A DNA stretch of 64,000 nucleotides from an uncultured virus (IMG/VR IMGVR_UViG_3300027842_000121). Taxonomy: Duplodnaviria; Heunggongvirae; Uroviricota; Caudoviricetes. The first letter of the stretch is position 1, and each line of letters opens with the position of its first letter. Below the pieces are notes generated by a model. The model had not been told where the DNA came from. It searched no databases and worked only from the letters and a program-made list of their open reading frames with translations. Location of the stretch: the IMG/VR virus record IMGVR_UViG_3300027842_000121. The stretch is one strand, 5' to 3'. The position numbers were made by a program, and so were the translations under genes. Of the stretch, positions 1 through 8,630 are shown in pieces.

Positions 1-45
1 ACCGCGGCCGGCAACGGGTCGGCCGCTCAACGGGCAGAGGGTCCG

Positions 46-291
46 ATGAGCACGCAACGCAAGCTTCCCGAGACAGGACAAACGGTCGCTTATACCCGCA
101 ACTTCCTACTGAGCGGCGGAAGCCGGTTGGCATCATGCCGCGGCATATTGGGCGAGCGACATTCCGAGGCAAACAAGGACTGGCCGCTCTACGAAGTGAA
201 ATGGTTCAAGGGATGCTATGCAGGGCAATCGACATTCGTGAACCTGCATAACCTGTGCACAACGCGCAGCGTTGCCTTTGTAGAGATTTAA
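46..291 (+). CDS. hypothetical early phage protein
   Basis: 81-aa ORF, GAGG upstream, first of a run of short co-oriented ORFs. Confidence 0.5.
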   Translation: MSTQRKLPETGQTVAYTRNFLLSGGSRLASCRGILGERHSEANKDWPLYEVKWFKGCYAGQSTFVNLHNLCTTRSVAFVEI

Positions 292-307
292 GCGGGAAGA
301 TGGTTGG

Positions 308-511
308 ATGGAACCCAATTCAATACGTGCACAGGAAATTAACGATCTTAGCAAAAAGCTGGATCAGTTTAGATTAGCTCAACAGAAGCTTAAGTTATGC
401 CTCAAACTGTGGAGCGGAGCGGCCATATACTTGTTTGTAACACACCCACCAACCGAAGCTGACGCTCTTGCTCAATTACTTAAGTCCATTGACGAAATTA
501 TTAGGCTATAG
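308..511 (+). CDS. hypothetical protein (AT-rich)
   Basis: 67-aa ORF, lower GC than flanks. Confidence 0.4.
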   Translation: MEPNSIRAQEINDLSKKLDQFRLAQQKLKLCLKLWSGAAIYLFVTHPPTEADALAQLLKSIDEIIRL

Positions 512-563
512 TTGAAAACACACGCGTTCGGCATGGGGCTGGCCGCAACGGGCTGGAGGCCTG

Positions 564-776
564 ATGATGACCAACGACACCAACAACCCACCGCTATCCG
601 TGAAACTGCGCAACGGCCTGCGCGTTTTAGCGAAAACCTGGAAAGGCGCACCCTCTGCCTATACCTTCGCCAACCTCAAACAGGCATACGCCAAGGCCGC
701 TCTTTACCCAGGCGCTTGGGTGACCGCAGGGCGGCCGTTCTACGTCGTGCTGCCTAACGATAACTCGGCAACATGA
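564..776 (+). CDS. hypothetical protein
   Basis: GGAGG just upstream; ATGA overlap with next ORF. Confidence 0.55.
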   Translation: MMTNDTNNPPLSVKLRNGLRVLAKTWKGAPSAYTFANLKQAYAKAALYPGAWVTAGRPFYVVLPNDNSAT

Positions 777-1003
777 CTGACACTGAACTCCTCCGTGCCG
801 TAGGAGCCGCTCTGTGCGGCTCCTGTTGGCACCAGGCGCTTGCGGGCATGCTAGGCGTGTCGGAGCGCAACATGCGCCGCTGGGCCGCTGGAACGGCGCC
901 TGTGCCTGCGGGAGTGTGGTTGGAATTAGACGCGGTGCTGATCGGCCGCAACCAAGACCTTCGCCGCGAGCTGGCGGCGCGGGCAAAGCGGGAAGGGGAC
1001 TGA
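773..1003 (+). CDS. small helix-turn-helix DNA-binding protein
   Basis: WHQALAGMLGVSERNMRRWAAG...VP is a Cro/XRE-like HTH pattern. Confidence 0.7.
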   Translation: MTDTELLRAVGAALCGSCWHQALAGMLGVSERNMRRWAAGTAPVPAGVWLELDAVLIGRNQDLRRELAARAKREGD

Positions 1004-1368
1004 TGATGGCAACGCTGTATCGGGTGATAGGCATCTGGCACCGTCCTGACGGTGGCATCTCCATATTGGACACGCCAGAGGCGCTCGGCGATGTTGCTGG
1101 GCGTCTGCTGGTCGAGTCCGTGGCTGAATCCGCAGCCGAAGATCTTACCTCAGAGGACGAAAACGATCTTGCCTCAGGTCAGGTAGAATACACGATAGAG
1201 CCGGTCGAGGTTTGCCACGATTTCATTCCAGGAACCAAAGTAAATGGCGGATACTCGAGCGGTGTTGTGGTTGCTGTACTCGACCGAACGAAACCCTCGG
1301 TCTATGTCAGGTGGGCTGACGGGTCAAAAGCAGAAGAGTACCCTGATGATTTAAGGGTGGCGCCATGA
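1003..1368 (+). CDS. hypothetical protein with SH3/KOW-like C-terminus
   Basis: Start reassigned to ATG at 1003 (TGATG coupling); C-terminal PGTKV..GVVVAV..VYVRWADG. Confidence 0.5.
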   Translation: MMATLYRVIGIWHRPDGGISILDTPEALGDVAGRLLVESVAESAAEDLTSEDENDLASGQVEYTIEPVEVCHDFIPGTKVNGGYSSGVVVAVLDRTKPSVYVRWADGSKAEEYPDDLRVAP

Positions 1369-1746
1369 CGAATGGGGACAAGAGATGAGTAAATATTATG
1401 ATCCCGCCTATGGCCTGACCGAGTGCGATCCATCCGACCATCATGACCGCGAGCTATCGCGGCCTCGATTACTCGGCTGAGGGCATCGGGTCGACGACGA
1501 ATGGCCGGACGGCGGCGACCCGGAACCTGACGCATTTAATTCTGCGTGGGAGCAAATCGCCGAGCAGCTGCCTCCAGGGAGCCCCGGCGACGTGGTAAAC
1601 CTGACGTTAGACGATATTGCACACGCCGGGTCACTCTGCTGGGAGCGGTTCGATGGCGAATACCGCTGGATGTACTCGCCCGAGTGACGTGGGGATAGCG
1701 TACTGCGTAAGCCTGCGGCGCGGGCGAAACAGGAAGGGGATGAGGG

Positions 1747-1959
1747 ATGAGCACGATATACACGGTCACGGATTGGCTTGGTCATGCGCTGTACTCGTTT
1801 GCTACCGAGCGCGAAGCCGCCGAATATGTCAGACGATATGACCCGCACCAGGGCACCTTGGCTGGGATGCACGTCCGCAGCCAACAGCGGAAGCCTTATC
1901 ATCGAGTGGTAGAGCTGCCGCCGCAACCAATCGGCAATCGGATTGCCGTACCTATCTGA
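1747..1959 (+). CDS. hypothetical protein
   Basis: GAGG upstream, co-oriented with early ORFs. Confidence 0.45.
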   Translation: MSTIYTVTDWLGHALYSFATEREAAEYVRRYDPHQGTLAGMHVRSQQRKPYHRVVELPPQPIGNRIAVPI

Positions 1960-1978
1960 TCGTTGAAAGGGCAATGAG

Positions 1979-2296
1979 ATGGGCGAATGTGAATTCCAAT
2001 CTGCCCTATATCGCAACGTGCGAGAAATGTGTCTGGCAATCGCAGAGGAGTGGCTTTCCTACTCAGGACTAAATGACAGGGACGAAATACAAAAAGCCCT
2101 AACATCATCTTCCGACGCATATTTGGCTGATCAGTGCATTAATATGTGGAGGCTAGACAAGAGCGATGATGATATATCAACTTTTGATGACGCCACGACG
2201 TGGATGCAGCGGCGCGGCGCAACTCGTGACGATTTAATCGAATCTTTTGCGGATATTAGAGCTAATTTTGACGAGCATTTCCCTGTCGACGATTAA
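1979..2296 (+). CDS. hypothetical protein
   Basis: 105-aa ORF ending just before a terminator hairpin. Confidence 0.55.
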   Translation: MGECEFQSALYRNVREMCLAIAEEWLSYSGLNDRDEIQKALTSSSDAYLADQCINMWRLDKSDDDISTFDDATTWMQRRGATRDDLIESFADIRANFDEHFPVDD

Positions 2297-2355
2297 CGTT
2301 TTCCGCGCTCCTCCCGTCCCGCCCGCACGCGATAAAAAAAGACCCTGCAAGACAG

Positions 2356-2387
2356 AAGGCTCACCCATCATCAGGGTGAGCCTTTTT
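2356..2387 (+). terminator. intrinsic terminator at the convergence of early and replication blocks
   Basis: AAGGCTCACCC-atcatca-GGGTGAGCCTT followed by TTT. Confidence 0.65.
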
Positions 2388-2708
2388 CCGTTTCGGCTTG
2401 AACGCCCTTCCGCGTCTCGGAAATTTCTCGCGAGGCTGTTCCCTGGTCTCATGCGGCCTGAGCAGCCTCCAACGATACCGTTCCGGCGTGAGGATGATCG
2501 CGCATAGCCGTTCCTCCTCCAGCTCTCGAACCAAAGTAATCGCAGCATTATCGTCGTGCACGTAGCGCGCCGGATTTGCCAGACTGTCTATGTGAAATCC
2601 GGCAAGCTCATCACACTCCGAAACCACGACTACAACCCACTCCCTCGACCGCATCGAAAGCGCCTTTCCCAAAATGTCGGAGTTGTCGGAGTTGTCGGTG
2701 TTTTCCAC
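2361..2708 (-). CDS. hypothetical protein
   Basis: 115-aa ORF; its N-terminal TDNSDNSD is just the translated inverted-repeat arm, so the true start may be later. Confidence 0.35.
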   Translation of the reverse strand: MENTDNSDNSDILGKALSMRSREWVVVVVSECDELAGFHIDSLANPARYVHDDNAAITLVRELEEERLCAIILTPERYRWRLLRPHETREQPREKFPRRGRAFKPKRKKAHPDDG

Positions 2709-2801
2709 TAGCTGCTGAGTATGTAATTACAATAACCTTAACATCAATCAATTTGCTGACGGCTAGGACAACTCCGACATCTCCGACAACTCCGACATTT
2801 T
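2671..2801. repeat. 35-bp inverted repeat built of 9-bp iterons around an AT-rich core; putative replication origin
   Basis: 2671-2705 versus reverse complement of 2767-2801 match at 32/35; unit TCCGACAAC; AT-rich 61-bp spacer. Confidence 0.75.
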
Positions 2802-4399
2802 CACTGCCACCTAACGCCGTATTTTACGCGTCTGCGGTCAGCCACATCGCCAACCATCTTAAGTCCTGCTGCAATCGTATTGACGTGTTTCTTAAGTAAC
2901 AGTCCAAGTCTGCGAGCATCGATCTGACCCATGCTCCCCCTTTTTGCGCAAAACGAAAGGAGAAGATCGTACATTTTGGGATGTTTTAACTTATCATTAT
3001 AGTCCTTCTCGCTCACCATGTCAACGATATCGGCTGCGGTCCAGACCTCTGATGTTCCTAATGCCTCTGCCCAAGCTGTGAATAGTTCATATCTATCTTG
3101 TCTCACCGGGTCAACGGCTCTCGCCGTTGCCATGCTGTCGACCGGATCGGCATATCCGAGCCACACAAGCGGCTGACGGACGAAATGACACCACCCTTCG
3201 TAGCTGCCGAGGGGCGCCAAATCGCCTTTTGGGGCTCCCGCGAGCACGTATGCGCGTGCGATCGTCAGGCATGCGGCCACATACAAACCGCGATTTTCCC
3301 TTACCTCTTTTAACGGATTGCGCGAGAAAACCCGGTTCTCGGGATTCTCGGTGTTTGCGTCCATCGAACAAATCAGCGTGCGCCTTACAAGATCATCCAC
3401 AACACTCGCATTATTTCCATTGGCGAATACTGTGACTGCATTTGATATGATCGGCAGGTCTGACGTGCCTAATATTCGAGGCTTCAATAATGGTCTTTCG
3501 GTTATTTGGCACAGGAAGTCTCCTGACAGCGCCTCGCTGCAGTTGTCGAGGCAGACGATGGGTGATCCTGCGATGATCGAGCCGGCGAGCCGTTTTTCGG
3601 TTTCTGCCGGATCGTCGGGTGCGACGGCAATTGCCGGCGCTCGCTCACCTGTTGCGATGACCGATGCCACGTCTGCCAGGTAGGATTTGCCGGTCCCGGC
3701 AAGCGGCGCCGTCACCAGGTGCATCGGCGCCACTTCCATCGCGGTGCGCAGCACGGCCGTCATGATCATCGAGAGGCCGACCGAGCGGGAGGCTTCGTCG
3801 GAGAACGGGAATTCGCTCAAGAGGTCGAGCAGCAACGCCCCTGCCGCATCCGCCTCGTCAAAGCTCGGGTCATCGTGGAAACGGGTCGGCAGCTGCACGC
3901 CGGAGCGCAGCACCATGCCGGTTTCCTCGTCATAGCCAGGCTCGGTCAAAAGGGTTCCCGACGCGCGTATCGTCGGACAGGCGGCGATGCCGCGCAGGGT
4001 CGGGAATTCCCAGGCTCCGACCATGTCGAGGATCATGGCGACAACGCTCTGCGGCGGGGCGCAGGGTGCTGTCGCATGCCCGCCCTTGCCGCTGCCGATT
4101 TTCTGCCAGTGCGCGACCTCCCCGAGCAGGCGTTCGAGGATCGGGCGGGTAACCTCGACGATGCCCGGTGTCGTGATCGCAGCACCGTTCATTGCGCGCG
4201 AGCGGATGCCGGCGACGCGCACGAGCGTATGGCTGCGCTGGTAGATTTCCGCTTTGGCCTCGAGGAGTGCGGCCATGGCGGCGTCGACCGCGGCGTTGCG
4301 CGGGCCCGGCTGCACCGTGATCACGGGCTTGCCGTCCTTGGCCGCCCATCCCGGCAGCTCGACGATCTCGCCCTTCACCGGTAGACCCTCGCAATCCAA
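2801..4399 (-). CDS. primase-associated P-loop NTPase/helicase-like replication protein
   Basis: Walker A APLAGTGKS, Walker B-like IVCLDN, ANGNN and DDLVRR motifs; in operon with Prim-Pol. Confidence 0.75.
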   Translation of the reverse strand: MDCEGLPVKGEIVELPGWAAKDGKPVITVQPGPRNAAVDAAMAALLEAKAEIYQRSHTLVRVAGIRSRAMNGAAITTPGIVEVTRPILERLLGEVAHWQKIGSGKGGHATAPCAPPQSVVAMILDMVGAWEFPTLRGIAACPTIRASGTLLTEPGYDEETGMVLRSGVQLPTRFHDDPSFDEADAAGALLLDLLSEFPFSDEASRSVGLSMIMTAVLRTAMEVAPMHLVTAPLAGTGKSYLADVASVIATGERAPAIAVAPDDPAETEKRLAGSIIAGSPIVCLDNCSEALSGDFLCQITERPLLKPRILGTSDLPIISNAVTVFANGNNASVVDDLVRRTLICSMDANTENPENRVFSRNPLKEVRENRGLYVAACLTIARAYVLAGAPKGDLAPLGSYEGWCHFVRQPLVWLGYADPVDSMATARAVDPVRQDRYELFTAWAEALGTSEVWTAADIVDMVSEKDYNDKLKHPKMYDLLLSFCAKRGSMGQIDARRLGLLLKKHVNTIAAGLKMVGDVADRRRVKYGVRWQ

Positions 4400-4986
4400 G
4401 TAGATATTTCAATTGGAATCTTGGATATTTTTGCGGTCCACTCCTTGCGTTCGGCTGATTTTGATGACGCGGACCTGCCGTTGCCGCCATTCTGGTAAAA
4501 CCAGGCCCTTCCTGCCCCGGTGCCCTTCCTGACGCCGTGACCATCCGGCATTAATGCCGGGACAGACCCCCAAAAAAAGTATGGTCCGTAATTCCATCGG
4601 GCTCGACCGACCCACTTCTGCGCGCCGCGCACATTCTCGACCACCAGCGGAATGTGCCGGCCGGCCGCCTCGCACGCTTCGCGCTGAATGCGGAAGCACG
4701 CCTCGAATAGCGTGTTGTTGGGGGGCGGCAGCTCTTTTGCCCGCTTCCATGGCATTGCGCGGTAGCTGTAGGCCTGGCAGGGCGGCGAGGCGACGATCAG
4801 CCGGGCGTCGCGGAACTGCGCGCCGTGAAGCGTCAGAACGTCTTGCAGCACGAGCTGCGCCGGGTAGCGCTCGCCGCCGTATTCGTGCCTCTCGATGTCG
4901 AATCCTACGACATCCCAGCCTTCTGCGAGCAGCCCTGCCGTCCAGCCGCCGACCCCACAGAAAAGGTCGATGGCAAGCGGCCTCAC
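4375..4986 (-). CDS. short C5 DNA cytosine methyltransferase
   Basis: Motif I DLFCGVGG, motif IV SPPCQAYS, motif VI VVENV. Confidence 0.85.
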   Translation of the reverse strand: MRPLAIDLFCGVGGWTAGLLAEGWDVVGFDIERHEYGGERYPAQLVLQDVLTLHGAQFRDARLIVASPPCQAYSYRAMPWKRAKELPPPNNTLFEACFRIQREACEAAGRHIPLVVENVRGAQKWVGRARWNYGPYFFWGSVPALMPDGHGVRKGTGAGRAWFYQNGGNGRSASSKSAERKEWTAKISKIPIEISTWIARVYR

Positions 4987-5060
4987 CGCCCATCCCCCTT
5001 GCCAAAAATGCGCGGGGAGGCTATGTGAGAGGTGCTCATAGCGTGCCTTTCCGTATGTGA

Positions 5061-5158
5061 GGCCGTCAGGGTGTGCCAGACCCTGACGGCCAATTCGTTC
5101 TGGCTGGGCGTTTATGGCCGCCGATCGTGGCTCCCGGAAAAACGCGGTGTCAACCGCG
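5061..5158 (-). promoter_or_regulatory. possible internal promoter plus 12-bp hairpin
   Basis: TTGACA on minus strand at 5148-5153 inside CGCGGT-gtca-ACCGCG; perfect stem GGCCGTCAGGGT/ACCCTGACGGCC at 5061-5091. Confidence 0.4.
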
Positions 5159-5313
5159 ATCAGGACGCGGAGGCGTCGATGTGCGCGAACAGTCCGGCGT
5201 CGTCCTCGATGCGCCTGCGCGCCATGGTCAGCCGGGACGGCGGCTTGGGTTGAACGTCTGGTGCTCCGCCAAGAGTACCTTCTCCCTTTCCGGTTGAGCC
5301 GCCGTCCCGATCC

Positions 5314-6069
5314 TCACCTCGCCCTGTCCTCTCTCCCCCTCTCTACACCCGATCTTACCGTTGCAATCGCCTCTTGCGGTTCGAGCCCAGCCCCGATCGC
5401 CGCTGCGATCAGCACGTCGGCCGGCAATAACGACTCACCGGCGCGGCATGCCGCCCAGAACAAGCCGTGATTGCGCTCACCCGGCCGCAGCGAGGCAATC
5501 CATGCCGCAAGCGCCTCGGGGTTGCCGCCCTCGGCCCCTCCCATGCGCTCCGCGAACTCCGCCCGCCGCTTCTCCCGCTCGGCATCGAGCCGCGCCAACC
5601 GCCGCCGCAGATAGTCCGGCCACGGGGCTCGGGGAGCGTCACTGACGACCGTGTAGCCAGGAGAAGGCGGGATGATGCACGATCCGCCCTCTCCGCGAAT
5701 ATCGACGCCCCAGGCGATCCTGGAGGCACTGCAGCGCACCGGCGGCGATGGACACCTATAGATCAGGTGGAACCCGCCGCGCGGCGTCTCGTGCACCTCG
5801 GTCTCCGGCAGCCTAGCCAACGATAGCTGCGCGCGCATCCAACCCATGCCCTGCGGATCGATATCGAGCACCGCGGTATTGGTGCGCGACCCGGTAGGGA
5901 TCGCGATGAGTGCCGCTTGCGGATGCGAGAACAGCAGCCGGAGCTGCTGTTCATCGGTTGTTGCATCCTTGTGCCCGTGCCGGCACGCCGGCCGCTTGTC
6001 GCGGCGTACCGGGAACGTCGGCACGCCTTGTGCGGCAAGGGCGAGAGCAGCGGTGAGCATTACAACCAA
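5314..6069 (-). CDS. bifunctional DNA primase/polymerase (Prim-Pol) with PriCT-like C-terminus
   Basis: TFPV..KRP, IAIPTG, VLDID, TPRGGFHL, GVDIRG, IIPPS; C-terminal GERNHGLF. Confidence 0.9.
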   Translation of the reverse strand: MVVMLTAALALAAQGVPTFPVRRDKRPACRHGHKDATTDEQQLRLLFSHPQAALIAIPTGSRTNTAVLDIDPQGMGWMRAQLSLARLPETEVHETPRGGFHLIYRCPSPPVRCSASRIAWGVDIRGEGGSCIIPPSPGYTVVSDAPRAPWPDYLRRRLARLDAEREKRRAEFAERMGGAEGGNPEALAAWIASLRPGERNHGLFWAACRAGESLLPADVLIAAAIGAGLEPQEAIATVRSGVERGREDRAR

Positions 6070-6071
6070 TA

Positions 6072-6761
6072 CTAGAACGGCACGTCGTCATTGAGGTCGA
6101 GGTCCGTCGTAATGAGCGGTGCCGAACCCCTGACTGGAAACTCGCTTACGTTAGCCTTTGCCGCCGTCGATACCTCTTGCTTAGCCGGAAACCCGGCCGC
6201 CTCCCGGTATTCCGGTGCCTGCTGAATTTTTTCCTTCATCCAATCCCGCAGCCCGTCGAACACATCCCAATCAGGATCATCGAGAGAGAATTCCACTGGC
6301 TTGTTGACGAGCTTTGGCGCCGTAACCCCGCGCGGCAGTTTGGCGACGGTCGAAATGTTCGCGTAGGTATTGAGGTACTGCCCGACCTGCTTCTCGGTAT
6401 GCACGATCCCGATCATGCACCCGGCGCCGATCAGCTTGGCGATATCGAAATCCTCGATTTCGCTGTCCGAAAACTTCTTGCCGCGCCACGCTTCGAGGTC
6501 GCGGCGCAGCGTCGATTTCGGGTGCGACGAATAGGTGTACTGCTTGCCGATCGTGAACGGCCGGCCGTCGCTCGTCTTCTCGTCCGGCAGCTCCCACCCG
6601 ATGTAAACGATCCTCTTGTGCTCGGTGGCACCAGGGAACGTCGGCGGCTGGGTGCCGAAGTCGATCGCGGCAAAGCACACCGCCACATGATTCCCCTCGG
6701 GTGCCGGATCGTAATTTCCGCCGCCCGAAACCGCTGGCATTTTGAGAGCCATCGCCCTCAT
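6072..6761 (-). CDS. single-stranded DNA-binding-like replication protein
   Basis: Acidic tail ending DDVPF; IDFGTQ and STLRRDLEAWRG motifs; lies between exonuclease and primase. Confidence 0.7.
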   Translation of the reverse strand: MRAMALKMPAVSGGGNYDPAPEGNHVAVCFAAIDFGTQPPTFPGATEHKRIVYIGWELPDEKTSDGRPFTIGKQYTYSSHPKSTLRRDLEAWRGKKFSDSEIEDFDIAKLIGAGCMIGIVHTEKQVGQYLNTYANISTVAKLPRGVTAPKLVNKPVEFSLDDPDWDVFDGLRDWMKEKIQQAPEYREAAGFPAKQEVSTAAKANVSEFPVRGSAPLITTDLDLNDDVPF

Positions 6762-7003
6762 GCCTCCTTCTTGGGAAAATCGACAACCTTGAACGGCTTA
6801 CGCGGCTTCTGCGCCGGGTCGCGCCAAGCCGTGATCGGCTTGCTGACCCTCACCTCGCCCAGCGAGTGGAATAACGGGTCGTCTGGGTGTCTGCTGCCGC
6901 CGCCCGACTCGAGCCATTCGACGATGAAATCCCGGATTTCCGGAAACGTCACCCCTGCCGGTGGAACAAATTCCAGCAGCACCGCCATTTTCTTGCGCGC
7001 CAT
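6758..7003 (-). CDS. hypothetical protein
   Basis: Start reassigned to ATG at 7003 (MARKKMAV), coupled to the upstream stop. Confidence 0.55.
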   Translation of the reverse strand: MARKKMAVLLEFVPPAGVTFPEIRDFIVEWLESGGGSRHPDDPLFHSLGEVRVSKPITAWRDPAQKPRKPFKVVDFPKKEA

Positions 7004-7434
7004 CACTCTTCCTTTCCGTTCAACGCGATCTCTCCCGCGACCCCGGCATAGCCTGCCATATCCACGTATGAATCGAGCAATGTGCGTCCGCTCCCCGCCT
7101 TGGTGCGCGCGATCTTGAGCTCTACCATCATCAGAGCCACGTCGAGGGCAGTGATCGGCGAGGTGAGCCGGTCGCCGAGATAGGCGTTCCAGTGATCGGC
7201 GATGTTCTGGTGGTTGCGTTCCTTTGGCCCGTGCTGCGCCGCACGATCGCCGGCGACGATATCGGCTGCCTGTCGGCAGATCTCTTCTGCCTTGGCTGTT
7301 GGCGGCGCGGGCTCTCCGGCGGTCGGCATCTGCGCTGCAGCCATCCTCGCATTCTGGTCGCGACAGCGAGCGCACAGACCGTTCTGTACCGTGATCGGCT
7401 CTCCGCACCATCTGCAGCAATATGTTCTGGCCAT
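7003..7434 (-). CDS. DUF6378-like phage protein with N-terminal Cys motif
   Basis: AADIVAGDR..HG..IADHWNAYL..DVALMMVELKIAR..DSYVDMAGYA; two CxxC pairs at the N-terminus. Confidence 0.75.
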   Translation of the reverse strand: MARTYCCRWCGEPITVQNGLCARCRDQNARMAAAQMPTAGEPAPPTAKAEEICRQAADIVAGDRAAQHGPKERNHQNIADHWNAYLGDRLTSPITALDVALMMVELKIARTKAGSGRTLLDSYVDMAGYAGVAGEIALNGKEE

Positions 7435-7794
7435 CTACCGCAACCCCTTCGGCACCACGCCCGGTCGCATCCACACAACCGGTTTTCCCGCTTCATTAAA
7501 AAGGTAGCGTTCCTCTGACAGCCCTTGCGAGCGCTCGTACCCCGGCAGCATCAACACGATTAGCCCCTTTGCCGGATCGAGCATCGGCCGCTCGGACGGC
7601 ATCCATATGCTGTGGTCGCGTGGGTCCATGCCGCACATCAGCGCCACCATATGAGAGTGGATGATCGGGGAGAAGCACGGCACCACCGCCCTGATCAGCA
7701 ACCCTCGCGCCTCCACCACCTGCGCGAAGGCGACATGAATGCCGTCCGGGTGCGCGCTGTAGGGTGAGCCGAGATACCAGTAGCCGTCGCTCAT
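7435..7794 (-). CDS. DUF1937 / nucleoside 2-deoxyribosyltransferase-fold protein
   Basis: YLGSPYS, FSPIIHSH, LPGYERSQGLSEE; start reassigned to ATG at 7794. Confidence 0.75.
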   Translation of the reverse strand: MSDGYWYLGSPYSAHPDGIHVAFAQVVEARGLLIRAVVPCFSPIIHSHMVALMCGMDPRDHSIWMPSERPMLDPAKGLIVLMLPGYERSQGLSEERYLFNEAGKPVVWMRPGVVPKGLR

Positions 7795-8438
7795 TTCGCC
7801 CTCGCCCTGAGTTCGCGGTCGATGTCGTAGAGCCGTCGCAACAACAGAAACGCCTCCCATGCGCTACTTAAATCGCGCCAGAAATGCGCGTGGAAATCGC
7901 CATAGGTTTTGTCAAACCGCAACAAATGAAATCCGCCGGTAATCGGGTCCATCGGGAAATTTTCATCCCATAGCGCGCCGTACGCCGCAACTTGAACAAG
8001 ATATTCTCCGTAAATGGCGTTGCTGGACTTCCAATCCCCCATTGCGCGCTCGTTGTTGACCAAGATCGCGTCGAATGTACCGCCGAACCGGTGCTTTTCC
8101 GAGATGAGCGGCATCTCGGTCTCGGTCACTTCCAGGCGCGTCTGGCGTGCCCATTCTTCGAATGCCCGGAAAGCCGTCTGTGCTTTCTCGACAACCTCGG
8201 GCTCGCCGGCAAACTCGAATGGTTGCTTTCGTGTCCACGCCTCGACCGCGGCATGCGCCATCGTGCCGGCGTCAGCCGCTTGGTCCCGAACCTCATGATA
8301 GTCCTTGCCTTCCTTGCCCAGCTTCCACGCCCAATGGATGAGCCCGCCGGACTCTTTGAACCGGCCGATTACCGTCGTAACGCTCGGCACCCGCTCGCCC
8401 GACTGCAGGAAATAGCCCTTGGCTTGGGTTGGCATCAT
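7791..8438 (-). CDS. PD-(D/E)XK exonuclease
   Basis: PSVTTVI, GTMAH, FGGTFD, GDWKSS, QVAAY; GGAGG before ATG at 8438/8435. Confidence 0.85.
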   Translation of the reverse strand: MMPTQAKGYFLQSGERVPSVTTVIGRFKESGGLIHWAWKLGKEGKDYHEVRDQAADAGTMAHAAVEAWTRKQPFEFAGEPEVVEKAQTAFRAFEEWARQTRLEVTETEMPLISEKHRFGGTFDAILVNNERAMGDWKSSNAIYGEYLVQVAAYGALWDENFPMDPITGGFHLLRFDKTYGDFHAHFWRDLSSAWEAFLLLRRLYDIDRELRARAK

Positions 8439-8552
8439 TCCTCCTACGTGGGTGCCCGGCCGGCGTGAAGCCCCGGCTGCAAAGCGCTGATGCAGCTTCC
8501 GGCATTCGCCAAGGCCACCGGGCACCCAGCCGCACCATACCCCAGCCCCGGC

Positions 8553-8580
8553 CGTGTTGCAACACGAAAATGTGTTGACA
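8553..8580. promoter_or_regulatory. divergent promoter region with 14-bp palindrome and -35 hexamer
   Basis: CGTGTTGCAACACG at 8553-8566 and TTGACA at 8575-8580, in the gap between leftward and rightward blocks. Confidence 0.55.
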
Positions 8581-8630
8581 TGAGGTGCGGGCGGCGGGTA
8601 GGGTGGCGACAGATGGGAGCGGAGGGCGCG

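Noticed and set aside
7791..8438. Cas4 assignment for the nuclease
   Set aside because: Lacks the Cys residues for the Fe-S cluster; ordinary phage exonuclease context
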